Positions 1 through 11,683 of a stretch of 64,000 nucleotides of DNA are shown here, piece by piece (the first letter of the stretch is position 1; each line of letters begins with the position of its first letter). The stretch is from contig OX597823.1 in the NCBI GenBank assembly GCA_951406725.2, forward strand, positions 116,684,001-116,748,000. The letters run 5' to 3'. The notes beneath the pieces were generated by a model. It had not been told where the DNA came from and did no database searches. It saw nothing but the letters and a program-made list of their open reading frames with translations. Source of the DNA: Octopus vulgaris. Lineage: Eukaryota. The translations under genes and the position numbers were made by a program.

Positions 1-120
1 ACAATTCTAAGACCTGTAAGGAGTCTGTTGGGGTCATAGCTTGTAAAGGATTGTGGTTCATTTTTAATTTATTAGTCTGTTTTATCAACTACCAAATCTA
101 AGACAAAAGGACTGAGTCTG

Positions 121-460
121 TTTAGATGGTGCTTTTTACATGCCACTGGCACAGGTATCACAACTACAATTTCCATTTGATTTTTATTTTGATGTTGATG
201 TACTTGACTCAATAGGTCTCCTCAAGCACAGAAGGTCACCCTACGATCCAAGGTAAGCTCAGCAGGTCATTCTGCAATCCAAGGTACTTTGGATGGGCTG
301 GGGCTGCTATGCGAAACTGGTGCAGGAAACAGCCATGAACCCACGTTATTTGTCGGGTCTTTGCAGTCACAGCATATCTCCAGAGATCTCGGTCTTTCAT
401 CATTGCCTCTGTGAGGCCCAACTTTCGAAGGTCATGCTGGACTACTTCATCCCATAAAGA
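121..460 (-). mobile_element. RTE-clade LINE fragment: ORF2 C-terminus plus start of 3'UTR
   Basis: Minus-strand translation WDEVVQHDLRKLGLTEAMMKDRDLWRYAV is typical of an RTE ORF2 C-terminus. It runs into the ATCAAATGGAAATTGTAGTTGTG...GTGGCATGTAAAAAGCACC UTR also seen at ~16170-16230. Confidence 0.8.
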
Positions 461-465
461 CACCC

Positions 466-640
466 TGTACACTCTGAGGTAATTGGTGTTAGGTAGGGCA
501 TCAGCTGTAGAAACCATGCCAAAGCAGACAGCAGAGCCGAGTGCAGTTCTTTGGCTTGTCACCTCCTGTTAAACTGTCCAACTCATGCCAGCATGGAAAA
601 ACGACATTGAATAAGGACAATGATAACAATGATGATGGTG
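466..640 (+). mobile_element. RTE-type 3' terminal segment (family D tail)
   Basis: TTAGG.AGGGCATC.AGCTGTAGAAAC...CATGCCAGCATGGAAAA...GATGATG matches the tails at 16145-16518, 27170-27460 and 32190-32535. Confidence 0.7.
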
Positions 641-647
641 AATACAC

Positions 648-798
648 ATGTGTGCATGTGTGTGTGTATGTATGTGTGTGTGTATGTATGTATGTATGTA
701 TGTATGTATGTGTGTGTGTAAGTATGTATGTATGTATGTATGTATGTATGTATGTATGTATGTATGTGTGTGTGTAAGTATGTATGTATGGATGTATG

Positions 799-829
<31 letters not shown>

Positions 830-925
830 GTATGTATGTATGTATGTATGTATGTATGTATGTATGTATGTATGTGTGTGTGTAAGTATGTATGTATGTA
901 TGTATGTATGTATGTATGTATGTTA
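648..925. repeat. (TATG)n/(TG)n microsatellite
   Basis: Direct reading. Confidence 0.95.
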
Positions 926-1087
926 TATATATGTGTAGTGCATGAATTTGTGTGTGGTCATGTTTGCTTGGGAACCATATGATTCAGAATTTATTCCCCT
1001 TGCATGGAGAATGCCAGCTGGTTGTGTCTCCTGTGGCCTTGGGTTAGTCAATACCTTGTGAGAGAAGTTTGCAAGATAGAAACTAGA

Positions 1088-1313
1088 AGCTGGCAGAATC
1101 GGTAGCACACCGGGCGAAATGCTTAGCAGTATCTCGTCGGCCGTTATGTTCTGAGTTCAAATTCCACCAAAATCGACGTTGCCTTTCATCCTTTCGAGGT
1201 CGATAAATTAAGTACCAGTTACACACTGGGGTCGATATAATCGACTTAATCCGTTTGTCTGTCCTTCTTTGTCCCCTCTATGTTTAGCCCCTTGTGAACA
1301 ATAGAGAAATAAA
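1088..1313 (+). mobile_element. tRNA-derived SINE family A (Meta-domain-like core), tail A1
   Basis: A-box-like TGGCAGAATCGG, B-box GAGTTCAAATTCC, core GCCTTTCATCCTTTCGAGGTCGATAAA. TSD AAACTAGAAGCT at 1080-1091 and 1314-1325. Confidence 0.9.
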
Positions 1314-2067
1314 AAACTAGAAGCTCATTGTTTGCTAGTAATGGATTTGAACTCACAACTGAAGGTTGGAAAAAAAACAGTGTTTTAAACCCTTACAGCA
1401 TTGGACATGCTTTTATCCATAATACCTCATTCATCATCCTCTTCTCCATGCTGATGCTGGCATGAGTTGGATAAAGTCTTATCTATTTATAGCTAAATAA
1501 ACTGAGCCAATAATAGATACCTATTATCATTATCAGCAGAGCACAACAATGTCGTAGGGTGGAAACCCTATTGAGCAATGCTACGGATGACATTTATATA
1601 AATCACAAATAGATTTTCGAATGGCATTTCTGATCAATATCAAGTCAGTAGAGTTTTTACATGGCAATCCTTAACATTCTCACCAATTTGTGTGCATTGA
1701 ATAAAAGATGGCATGCAGTATTTGTAATTTATTGAAGTTTGACCTACTGATGCTAACAGCCAATGAATTATATAAATGTAGTCTGGAGATAGACTTTAAT
1801 GTATATCAATAGTTTTGTTATTTTTATGAGATAAAGCAACAAAACTTGTTGAAATGGTCAGGCGGTTTTGGAGTAAATTTAGACTAAATGGATATTCTAC
1901 AGGAAGCTGTATAGAGTGCGGCAGAGACAGATATGCTGCTCAGTGGGAGATAACCGTTTCTGAGAAGATCTATCTTGTGTCTTCTGTGGAGACTTTTTTT
2001 TTTGTTTTCAAAGAATGAATAGAGTGTGAAGAGCATATGTCTTATAGCATAAAATTCTTTTATTATT

Positions 2068-2290
2068 AAGGCAGTGATCTGGCAGAATAGTTAGCACACC
2101 CGTTGAAATGCTTTGCAGTATTTCATCTGCTGCAACATTCTGAGTTCAAATTCCGCCGAGGTCGACTTTGCCTTTCATCCTTTCGGGATCGATATATTAA
2201 GTACCAGTAGCATACTGGAGTCGATGTGATCGATATACGTATACGTATACTGCCACAAAGTCCAGGCCTTGTGCCTATAGTAGAACATTT
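2068..2290 (+). mobile_element. SINE family A, tail A2
   Basis: Same head and core, with alternative tail GGCCTTGTGCCTATAGTAGAA. Flanked by ATTCTTT(T)ATTATTA. Confidence 0.85.
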
Positions 2291-2759
2291 TTTTATTCTT
2301 TATTATTATCACAGTAGTCAATTACGATATCATTTCATCCTTCAGAATGGCACAACCTGAGATTTTCAAACTATTTCACCTAAGTCCATTTGTAAACAAA
2401 AACTAAAGTTATAGTTTACGATGAGTAGATCTATTAGGTAGTCTTCTATACGAAGACAGTCATTATATATATATGTATACCTGTGTGTGTCTGTCTCTGT
2501 CTCTCTCTCTCTATATATATATATATCATCGTTTAACACCCGTTTTCCATGCTATATACATATATACATTTGTAAACAAAAACTAAAGTTATAGTTTACG
2601 ATGATCGATTTTTCCCCTTTATAACAGTGAAGAGAAGGAGAGGAGGATATTTTACTGTAAAACCAAAATAGATTTCAGCTTGAGTAATAGAAAAGTTAAC
2701 AGGAATGTGGATAGAGACTTGGTGGAGTATTTTGTGAATTCTAGTTTTGACTCATTGTA

Positions 2760-3354
2760 CGAGGGTGAATCGAAGAGTAATGCGATTTTGGGATCTTTTC
2801 CTTTTGATGAGAAAATTCCGTCCATCAAAAGGAAAAGATCCCTATTTTGTTTAGGACAGGTATAATTACCAACACAGGAACATGTATCATACATCAAAAT
2901 GAAGCTTGTCCTCTGTGGATCACATCCCTACTTCTCAACGTAGTCACCGTTTCTCTCAATAGCAATGTTCCACCTTCGAATGAGAACATGTATCCCTGCT
3001 CCGTAAAATTCTGTTGACTGTTCTTTGAGCCACTTCTTCGTCACTGGAATAATGTTTGCCTCTCAAACCATCTTTTATGGGGCCAAAGAAATGATAGTCT
3101 GAAGGCGCTAAATCTGGTGAATGTGGAGGTAGCGAAGAAGTGGCTCAAAGAACAGTCAACAGAATTTTATGGGGCAGGGATACATGCTCTCATTTGAAGG
3201 TGGAACATTTCTATTGAGAGAAACAGTGACTACGTTGAGAAGTAGGGATGTGACCCACAGAGGACCAGCTTCATTTTGATGTATGATACATGTTCCTGTG
3301 TTAGTAATTATACCTGTCCTAAACAAAATCGCATTACTTTTTGACTCACCCTCG
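2760..3354. mobile_element. Fold-back mariner-derived MITE, copy 1
   Basis: TA|CGAGGGTGAATC...GACTCACCCTCG|TA. Both long inverted arms carry the mariner C-terminus (KKWLKEQSTEFY.AGIHALI.RWN..IERN.DYVEK*), and the centre encodes YSPDLAPSDY on the minus strand. Confidence 0.9.
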
Positions 3355-3574
3355 TATTTAAAGAGGTAGAATTCTCTTTTTCTGTCTCGTATAAAACTCT
3401 GTTCTGTTTCTTCATCTTTTGGTTATAAATATAAATTATTTCACTTATCTTAATTACTCTCTGTTTATTACTCTATTGTCTATTGATAATATTCAAAATT
3501 GATTTGTAATACAGACACGATGTCTCAAATATGTTGGGTAGGCCATAGTTGATTGCTTCAATTCAAGTATTTGA

Positions 3575-3700
3575 CTAATATTTTGAAAGGATGAAAGGCA
3601 AAGTTCACCCTAGTGGGATTTGATCTCAGAACAAAGTAATGTGATTAAATACCACAAGGCATTAATTCATTATTTTATCGATTCTGTCAGTTCACTACCT
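3575..3700 (-). mobile_element. Degenerate SINE family A fragment
   Basis: GAAAGGATGAAAGGCAAAGT...GGATTTGATCTCAGAAC is the reverse complement of the family A core and B-box. Confidence 0.65.
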
Positions 3701-4172
3701 TTGGTCTTGTCAATATTAATAGCAACTCTCTACCAAATAATATCTATAGCACTGCTTATACCAAGTGTTGAATAAATGATAAAATATTTTAATTCGTCTT
3801 TATTGTTTATTGATAATTAATTCTTTTAGTATAACAGTGTTTTTTTTTTTTTGTTTCTCTGCCAGAATATAACAAAAAATTGCAATTACCTCTGTCTCTA
3901 ATAAATTAACTCTGAATCTAATCAGTTGTCTCGTTAAATATGATATTACGCGATAAGATATAATACACACACACACGTGTGTGTGTATGAATGTACGTAT
4001 GTGTATATATATATATATATATAAAATTAAGATTAATCAAAGGACATACTAGGTATGTCAACCTGCTTGAAATAACAGTCAAAACTCTTATTATATCGCC
4101 ATTTTTAAAAATTGTTACATTGGATAATAATAGAATTAATGACACCTCCGTAAATTATATATATATATATAT

Positions 4173-4588
4173 TGTTGCGGTTACTGAGTGACAAGGAACC
4201 AGTGCCCGTTCGAAACCAACAAGTTAAACAAAGAGGTCCGTACAATTCCGTTATTTATTGAGAAATATGGTAAAAATTTACAATAATGGCGGTTCAGAGT
4301 TGTTACAAAATAATTGAGTCAATATCCAAATTTTGGCCAAGGTAAAATAGTCAGCAGAGTCATGAGTCCAAGAAGTATAAATGGAAATTGTGACTTCTTG
4401 AGAACAGAAGAGCTCAACGTCAAAGATGGCGCTCATATTTCTTTCTCAGCATTTTCCTGCAGAAACTCATGATTTCTCTGAGCCGAGCCAATTAAAGCAG
4501 AAGTGGCGGTAACCTTTTTTTATTTTCTTGAGAATAATTAAAACTCAATCATTACAATATTATTTTTAAAAAATACATTCTCGTAACA
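4173..4588 (-). mobile_element. Solo LTR (416 bp), probably Gypsy-type
   Basis: Termini TGTTGCG...CGTAACA (TG...CA with a short imperfect IR), 4-bp ATAT on both sides, and AATAAA on the minus strand near 4255. Confidence 0.7.
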
Positions 4589-4733
4589 ATATACGTATAC
4601 ATAACTGAAGTAGGTGGGTCTTCGTGACAAGAAGGGCATCTGGTTATAAAAAAACTCTGCCCCAATGTATTCTCATTTGACCCATGGTTGTATGGAAAAG
4701 GAGACATTAATATGAATTCCACATCTTTAAATA

Positions 4734-5329
4734 CGTGGGTCAATCAAAAAGTAATGCGATTTTGTTTAGGACAGGTATAATTACCAACACAGCAACATGT
4801 ATCATACATCAAAATGAAGCTGGTCCTCTGTGGGTCACATCCCTACTTCTCAACTTAGTCACTGTTTCTCTCAATAGCAGTGTTCCACCTTCGAATGAGA
4901 GCATGTATCCCTGCCCCATAAAATTCTGTTGACTGTTCTTTGAGCCACTTCTTCGCTACCTCCATATTCACCAGATTTAGCGCCTTCAGACTATCATCTC
5001 TTCGGTGCCACGAAAGAAGGTTTGAGAGGCAAACGTTATTCTAGTGACGAAGAAGTGGCTCAAAGAACAGTCAACAGAATTTTAGGGGGGCAGGGATACA
5101 TGCTCTCATTCGAAGGTGGAACATTGCTATTGAGAGAAACGGTGACTATGTTGAGAAATAGGGGTGTGTTTCACAGAGGACCAGCTTCATTTTGACGTAT
5201 GATACATGTTCCTGTGTTGGTAATTATACCTGTCCTAAACGAAATAGGGATCTTTTCCTTTTGATGGACGGAATTTTCTCATCAAAAGGAAAAGATCCCA
5301 AAATCGCATTACTTTTCGATTCACCCTCG
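4734..5329. mobile_element. Fold-back mariner-derived MITE, copy 2 (inverted relative to copy 1)
   Basis: TA-flanked with the same TIRs. The plus strand encodes PPYSPDLAPSDYHLFGATKEGLRGKRYSSDEEV. It carries the same small hairpin insert as copy 1. Confidence 0.9.
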
Positions 5330-5517
5330 TACAATGAGTCAAAACTAGAATTCACAAAATACTCCACTTAGTTAACTTTTGTCTCTGTTAACTTTTGTAT
5401 TATTCAATTTGAAATCTATTTTGTTGTTACAGTAAAATATTCTCCTCTCCTTCTCTTCACTGTTATAAAGGGGAAAAATTTTGTTTACAAATGTATATAT
5501 GTATATATACGCACAAG

Positions 5518-5690
5518 TATATTCTGTTGTGTCTGGGGAGAGTCATTTTCTTTTTGTGCCTTATAATTTAACACACTCACCAGTAAAATTTCCACTTATT
5601 TCTTATTTTTATTTTCCTTAAATTTTCGTTGCATCAAGCAATCTTTTCAATAGTCTTGACTTGCAAACCAAATCCAAAACCGAAACACAC
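5518..5690 (+). repeat. Unclassified interspersed repeat
   Basis: TTCTGTTGTGTCTGGGGAGAGT...AATTTCCACTTATTTC...CTTTTCAATAGTCTT recurs at 54214-54281 (+) and 54665-54801 (-). Confidence 0.75.
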
Positions 5691-5722
5691 GAGTATACAT
5701 ACATACATATATATATATATAT

Positions 5723-6295
<573 letters not shown>

Positions 6296-6669
6296 GACTG
6301 TCTTCATATAGAAGACTACCTAATAGACGTGCTCAGTTGCCAGACAAAGTATCCACAAGTCGGTGCTGTTATATATTGACTACATACCTTTAATAGCTCC
6401 GTTTACTGAAGCTGTAAATACGTAACATCAGTTCCATACGACCTCTCCTGCTGTTTCACCACATACGTTCAGCAGAATTACATTAGAGTTCAATTGCTGG
6501 CTACAAAATTGTCTTGAATATAAAAACTGCTTGAATATGAATGAGCTGAAGCAGTTGTGATTATGCTACCGGAAGATGAAGCTTTCAAATGGTGTCACTG
6601 TTATCCAGTCACGGTCTTCCCCATCCATCAATGTAATTTCTACCAGTAATGTTTAGATGCTGCATACAC

Positions 6670-6830
6670 AGGTGTAGGAATAACTGTGTAGTAAGAAGCT
6701 TGCTTCCCAGTCACGTGGTTTCAGGTTCAATTCCACTGCATGGTACTTTGGGCAAATGTCTTCTACTATAGCCTCAGGCCAACCAAAGTGTTGTGAGTGA
6801 ATTTGGTAGACAAAAACTGAAAGAAGTGTG
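6670..6830 (+). mobile_element. SINE family B, 5' half
   Basis: Head plus TTGGGCAAATGTCTTCTACTATAGCCTCAGG core. Confidence 0.8.
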
Positions 6831-7229
6831 TCCATAAATTACCTTTACAATTTGAAAAATTCAGAAAAAAAAAAAATGGAGTTTATGGAAAAACATACGT
6901 AGAAAAATAAAGTTCTATTAGAAATTTTTGAACACATCTGCATGGGCACCACTGGTTGCATGCAACATATCTAGACAATCTCAACTTTAACTGATACAAT
7001 AAATTGTGGAAGATGCAAAGATAATTCATGAACTGTGTGTGTGTATACCTGAAAGATGTACACAATTCCCACAATTACTTTATGATAGCTCTTACCATCT
7101 TACAGCATAGCCAACCCAGTGGCGATGTCTCAGTACCACGAAATATAACTCTTAACTAAATCCTGCTATCCTTCATTCTAATAAGGTGTCCAGTTCAACG
7201 TAACCGGTGCTTCTGCGCTATCACCTCAA

Positions 7230-8000
7230 TAGTCAAGATACCAGCTGTCCTCGGGACCTGTGTGTCTGGAGTTTTTAGGGTCCAGCCAACATTGAGAATG
7301 TGTCTGAGACATCTCTGATGAAAGCGTTCAAGGATCTTTACATGGCGTGTGTAAAGGGTCCATGTCTCACATGAGGTAAAGGAGCGATGTCAGTACACAA
7401 GCATGGTACACAGCAATTTTTGTTCTCCTTGTGATGCCATGCTGGGACCAAACATGAGACTGAAGAGACTGGAAGGAATAAGTTGCTCTCTGCAACCTGA
7501 AAGATATTTCCTCATCCAGGGAGCAAGAACGGCTGAGTGTGCTGCCCAGGTGGACAAACTTGTCTACCACTTTCAAAATTATTCGTTCAACCAAGATAGC
7601 TGGTTCCACATATGGATTTCCTGGTGCAGGCTGGAAAACTACAGCAGTCTTGTCCAGGCTAATGCTGAGTCCAAATACCTTGCAAGAAGCAGAAATATGA
7701 TTCATAAGTATTTGCATGTCATCCAGTGTATGAGTTTCGAAGTCACAGTCATCTGCATAAAGGAGGTCATGAATGAGAGACTGGAAAACTTTTGAATTGG
7801 CAGCAAATCGGTGCAGATTAAAGAGGCAGCCAGAAGTTTGATACCTGATATATATTCCCAGAGAACTAACTTAGCAAAAGCATGAGTACAAGCAGCAGCA
7901 AAGTACAAAGAAAAGTGAGTTGGGGCAAGGATGTCACCCTGCTTAACATCATTCTCTACAGGAATGGGTCCCGCCATGCCACCACCAACATTGACCTAAG
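7230..8000 (-). mobile_element. RTE (BovB-like) LINE reverse transcriptase fragment, frameshifted
   Basis: VKQGDILAPTHFSLYF; FGLSISLDKTAVVFQPAPG...VVDKFVHLGSTLSR..SLDEEISFR...TKIAVYHACVLTSLLY. Confidence 0.9.
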
Positions 8001-8227
8001 CCAATACTGATTCTCTAGCAGTGGTGAGAGACAATACAAACACTCATAAACGCAATATATAAATAAAGACATACATACATACATGCATACATGTATATAA
8101 AATTAATATAGTCAGCAGTTTCCAATGTTTTACGAAAAAGGAAAACTACAATTGTCACTAAATGTGACTTGGGTGTTAGAAACACCTACATTACTAGAAA
8201 TAAGAGCTAAAAGGCTCTAATTTCTAA

Positions 8228-8476
8228 GGCGCAGGAGTGGCTGTGTGGTAAGTAGCTTGCTTACCAACCACATGGTTCTGGGTTCAGTCCCACTGCATGG
8301 CACCTTGGGCAAGTGTCTTCTACTATAGCCTTGGGCCGACCAAAGCCATGGGAGTGGATTTGGTAGACGGAAACTGAAATAAGCCCATCGTATATATGTA
8401 TATATATGTGTGTGTGTGTGTAAACATATATATATATGTGTGTGTAAACATATATATATATATGTGTGTGTTTGTA

Positions 8477-8523
<47 letters not shown>

Positions 8524-8713
8524 CTGTGTTTGTCCCCCCAACATTGCTTGACAACCGATGCTGGTGTGTTTATGTCCTCGTAACTGAGCGGTTCGGCAAA
8601 AGAGACAGATAGAATGAGTACTAGGCTTACAAAGAATAAGTCCTGGAGTTGATTTGCTCAACTAAAGGCGGTGCTCCAGCATGGTCAAAGTCAAATGACT
8701 GAAAGAAGTAAAA
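8228..8713 (+). mobile_element. SINE family B (tRNA head, CORE-like domain, internal microsatellite, CR1-like tail)
   Basis: GGCGCAGGAGTGGCTGTGTGGTAAG head, GGTTCAGTCCC B-box, GGCACCTTGGGCAAGTG CORE-like motif, tail GGCGGTGCTCCAGCATGG. Confidence 0.9.
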
Positions 8714-8837
8714 GGCTCTGATGCTGTAGTCAAAGCACATAATTGTATATTTATATACTGATGGGGACTATAACCACCTGAAAACACCAAGGGCAATTAT
8801 AATCCTTGTCAGTACATATGTATACAATTATGTGTGT

Positions 8838-9238
8838 TCCATTCACATGGTTCTGGGTTCAGTCCCACTGTGTGGCACCTAGGGCAAGTGTCTTCTACTA
8901 TAGCCTCAGGCTGACCAAGGCCTTCTGAATGGATTTGGTAGATGGAAATTGAAAGAAGTTCATCATATATGTATGTATGTATGTGTGTGTGTGTGTCTGT
9001 ATGTGTGTGTGTATGTTTGTGTGTGTCTGTGTTTGCCTCTCCTCCTCCCATCACTTGACAACTGATGTTGGTGTGTTTACGTCCCTGTAACTTAGCAGTT
9101 CAGCAAAAGAGATCAATAGAATAAGTACTAGGCTTACTAAGAATAAGTCCTGGGGTCAATTTCTTCGACTAAAATCCCTTTAAGGTGTTACTCCAGCATG
9201 GCCACAATTATTTTGACTGAAACAAGTAAAAGAATATA
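8838..9238 (+). mobile_element. SINE family B, 5'-truncated
   Basis: Matches 8228-8713 from the B-box onward. Confidence 0.85.
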
Positions 9239-9239
9239 G

Positions 9240-9297
<58 letters not shown>

Positions 9298-9700
9298 AAT
9301 ATATATATTGTTTTTTTTTGGGGGCCTGGTAATATTCAGTTTACAGGGTTACACTGGGTTTCCCATCCATAAAGGGTTTAACTTTATGGGATTTCTTCAG
9401 GCTCCAAGACCTATTGGCCGATGACTTCTTAGGAATCTGGAGGGGAAAAGTCTGGATTATCTCACTTTGTTACTGCCTATCAACTTCCAGCCATGCCGCC
9501 ATCAATTATATTTAAATGGAAAGTATCCTACTAAAGCATCTCATTATAAATAATAATAAAAGAACCATTCTTCTTTGAACTGATATAAATTCTGGTGGAA
9601 TTGACTAGTAACTAAAAATTGTAGAGGTGTACTTGCCAAGTAGGTAATTTGGTCTATGTCTGTGTGGCTAAACTAAAAGGATTGCAATGTGGAAGACACA

Positions 9701-10010
9701 AAGGTGGCGAGCTGGCAGAAACGTTAGCACACCGGACCAACCTTGTGAGTGGATTTGGTAGACGGAAACTGAAAGAAGCCCATTGTATATATGTATATGT
9801 ATATATGTGTGTGTGTATCTGTGTTTGTCCCCCCCCAACATCACTTGACAACCGATGCTGGTGTGTTTACGTCCCCGTAACTTAGCGGTTCGGCAAAAGT
9901 GACCGATAGAATAAGTACTAGGCTTACAAAGAATAAGTGCTGGGGGTCGATTTACTAAAGGCGGTGCTCCAGCATGGCCGCAGTCAAAATGACTAAAGCA
10001 AGTAAAAGAG
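9701..10010 (+). mobile_element. Chimeric SINE: family A head joined to family B body
   Basis: AAGGTGGCGAGCTGGCAGAAACGTTAGCACACCGG is followed directly by ACCAACCTTGTGAGTGGATTTGG... through to the B tail. Confidence 0.85.
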
Positions 10011-10047
<37 letters not shown>

Positions 10048-10183
10048 AGTTTTTAGTGTGTTCATTTGGTTTCTAAAAATATGACTCACACATACACACA
10101 AATCATACACATTAAGAAGACAATGAGTACAAGAAGAAGACATCATGGAAGGAACCAGTTTTTTAAAAAAAGGTTATGTTCAT

Positions 10184-10770
10184 TTAACACTTAAAAAGAA
10201 GAGAAATAATCTTGACATTTTGGATGCTAGTTCTTAACCAAAACAAACTAGAAAAGAGAAAATAGAAGAATGAGAAAAAATGGTTGGAAAATAAAATGTA
10301 CAAAATGTAGGGGCCATATGGGAATGTAGTTCTATAGTAGAAGAGAGAGGAGTAGGCACATGATGCATGTAGACAATAGAATTCACATACAGAGATGGGC
10401 ATAGAAGGGGGAGTGTGTAGGGTGGTCTAAGGTGCATGTGGCTTTTTAAGAGGAGTCTGGAGATCTACATGTCTGGAGTTGTAGTAGTAGTGTGGAATGG
10501 GGTGGAGGGGTAGAGGTGTAATTTCATTGTATGTGAGAAAACATGGAGCAGAGGAAGAGGTGGTGGGCATGAATGGGAGGAGAAGAGAAAGATAAGAAGT
10601 ATATGGTATTTAAGAAAAAAACACTGTTGGGAAAATTGTAAATTACTACAAATAATAATGATAATGGAGTGTAAAGTAATAACCCCAGGGAAAAGTCTGT
10701 GAAGGTTATATAACAAGTGCAGTATCTGGAGAAAATAAAATTTTGATAAAAAGGTAGTTAAATTCATATA
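10184..10770 (-). mobile_element. Highly decayed Penelope-like 3' fragment
   Basis: Remnants resemble the PLE linker and GIY-YIG region (PGVITLHS; SIVY...SCAYSSLFY). The end resembles the repeat at 36200-36352. Confidence 0.35.
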
Positions 10771-10772
10771 AG

Positions 10773-10983
10773 AGGGGAGCTGGCAGAAACGTTAGCACGC
10801 CGGGCGTAATGTTTAGCGGTATTTTGTCTGCCATTACGTTCTGAGTTCAAATTCCGCCGAATTTATCGGGATTGATAAATTAAGTACCAGTTATGCACTG
10901 GGGTCGATATAATTGACTTAATCCGTTTGTCTGTCCTTGTTTGTCCTCTCTGTGTTTAGCCTCTTGTGGGTAGTAAAGAAATA
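10773..10983 (+). mobile_element. SINE family A (A1) with internal deletion
   Basis: Head, B-box and A1 tail are present; part of the core is missing. Confidence 0.85.
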
Positions 10984-10989
10984 CATACA

Positions 10990-11615
10990 CGAGGGGAAGT
11001 CAAAAATTATCCACACTTTCACCACAACATATCTTTATTATTATCACATTGCCTTCTGTGCATGTGTGCTTATAGTTGGTACTATTGGTACTATTGTGGT
11101 CATTACAATGTAAGCATGGTCACTTCACTAGCAATGTATACCAAAAAAAGAACAAGGATCAGTGATCTGATTTCTCTGGTTGGAAAGTGTGTTAGGTGCT
11201 GAAGTTCATCAGAGGTTCTTGGCACAATATGGGGACAGTGCACAACTGCATAGAAGTGTGTATGAGTGGATTGAGAAATTTAAAAGTGGCCGGACAGTCA
11301 TGATGCGCGAAAAGGGAGCAGGATGCCCATCAACCTCCACCACCGATGAGAAGATTCAGCAAGCTTCAGAGATGGTAATGGCGAACTGGTTCACCATTAC
11401 CATCTCTCAGATCACTGCTCTTTGTTCTTTGGTGGGCATTGCTGGTGGAGTGGCCAAGCTTCCACTGCAAAGCCAGAAAGAAAAATGGCACAATCAGGCT
11501 CAAACTTTGATCATGGGACCTCAATAGTACCAACTGTAAACACACATGCGCAGAAGATAGTGGGATAATAATAAAGATATGTTAGGACGGCAGTGCAGAT
11601 AATTTCTAACTTCTC

Positions 11616-11617
<2 letters not shown>
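10990..11617 (+). mobile_element. Internally deleted mariner transposon
   Basis: Imperfect TIRs (CGAGGGGAAGTCAAAAATTATC...AACATATCTTTATTATTATC / GATAATAATAAAGATATGTT...GATAATTTCTAACTTCTCG|TA). N-terminal HTH remnant AEVHQRFLAQYGD...SVYEWIEKFKSGRT...GCPSTSTTDEKIQQ. Confidence 0.85.

Positions 11618-11683
<66 letters not shown>

Noticed and set aside
541-938. Cys/Val/Tyr/Met-repeat ORFs, and the many similar YIYI/THTH/LSIY ORFs throughout
   Set aside because: These are translations of microsatellites that lack stop codons. There is no coding signal.
8261-8661. Recurrent ORFs such as '[18 protein letters not shown]...[16 protein letters not shown]' that look like a gene family
   Set aside because: Antisense translations of SINE B copies.
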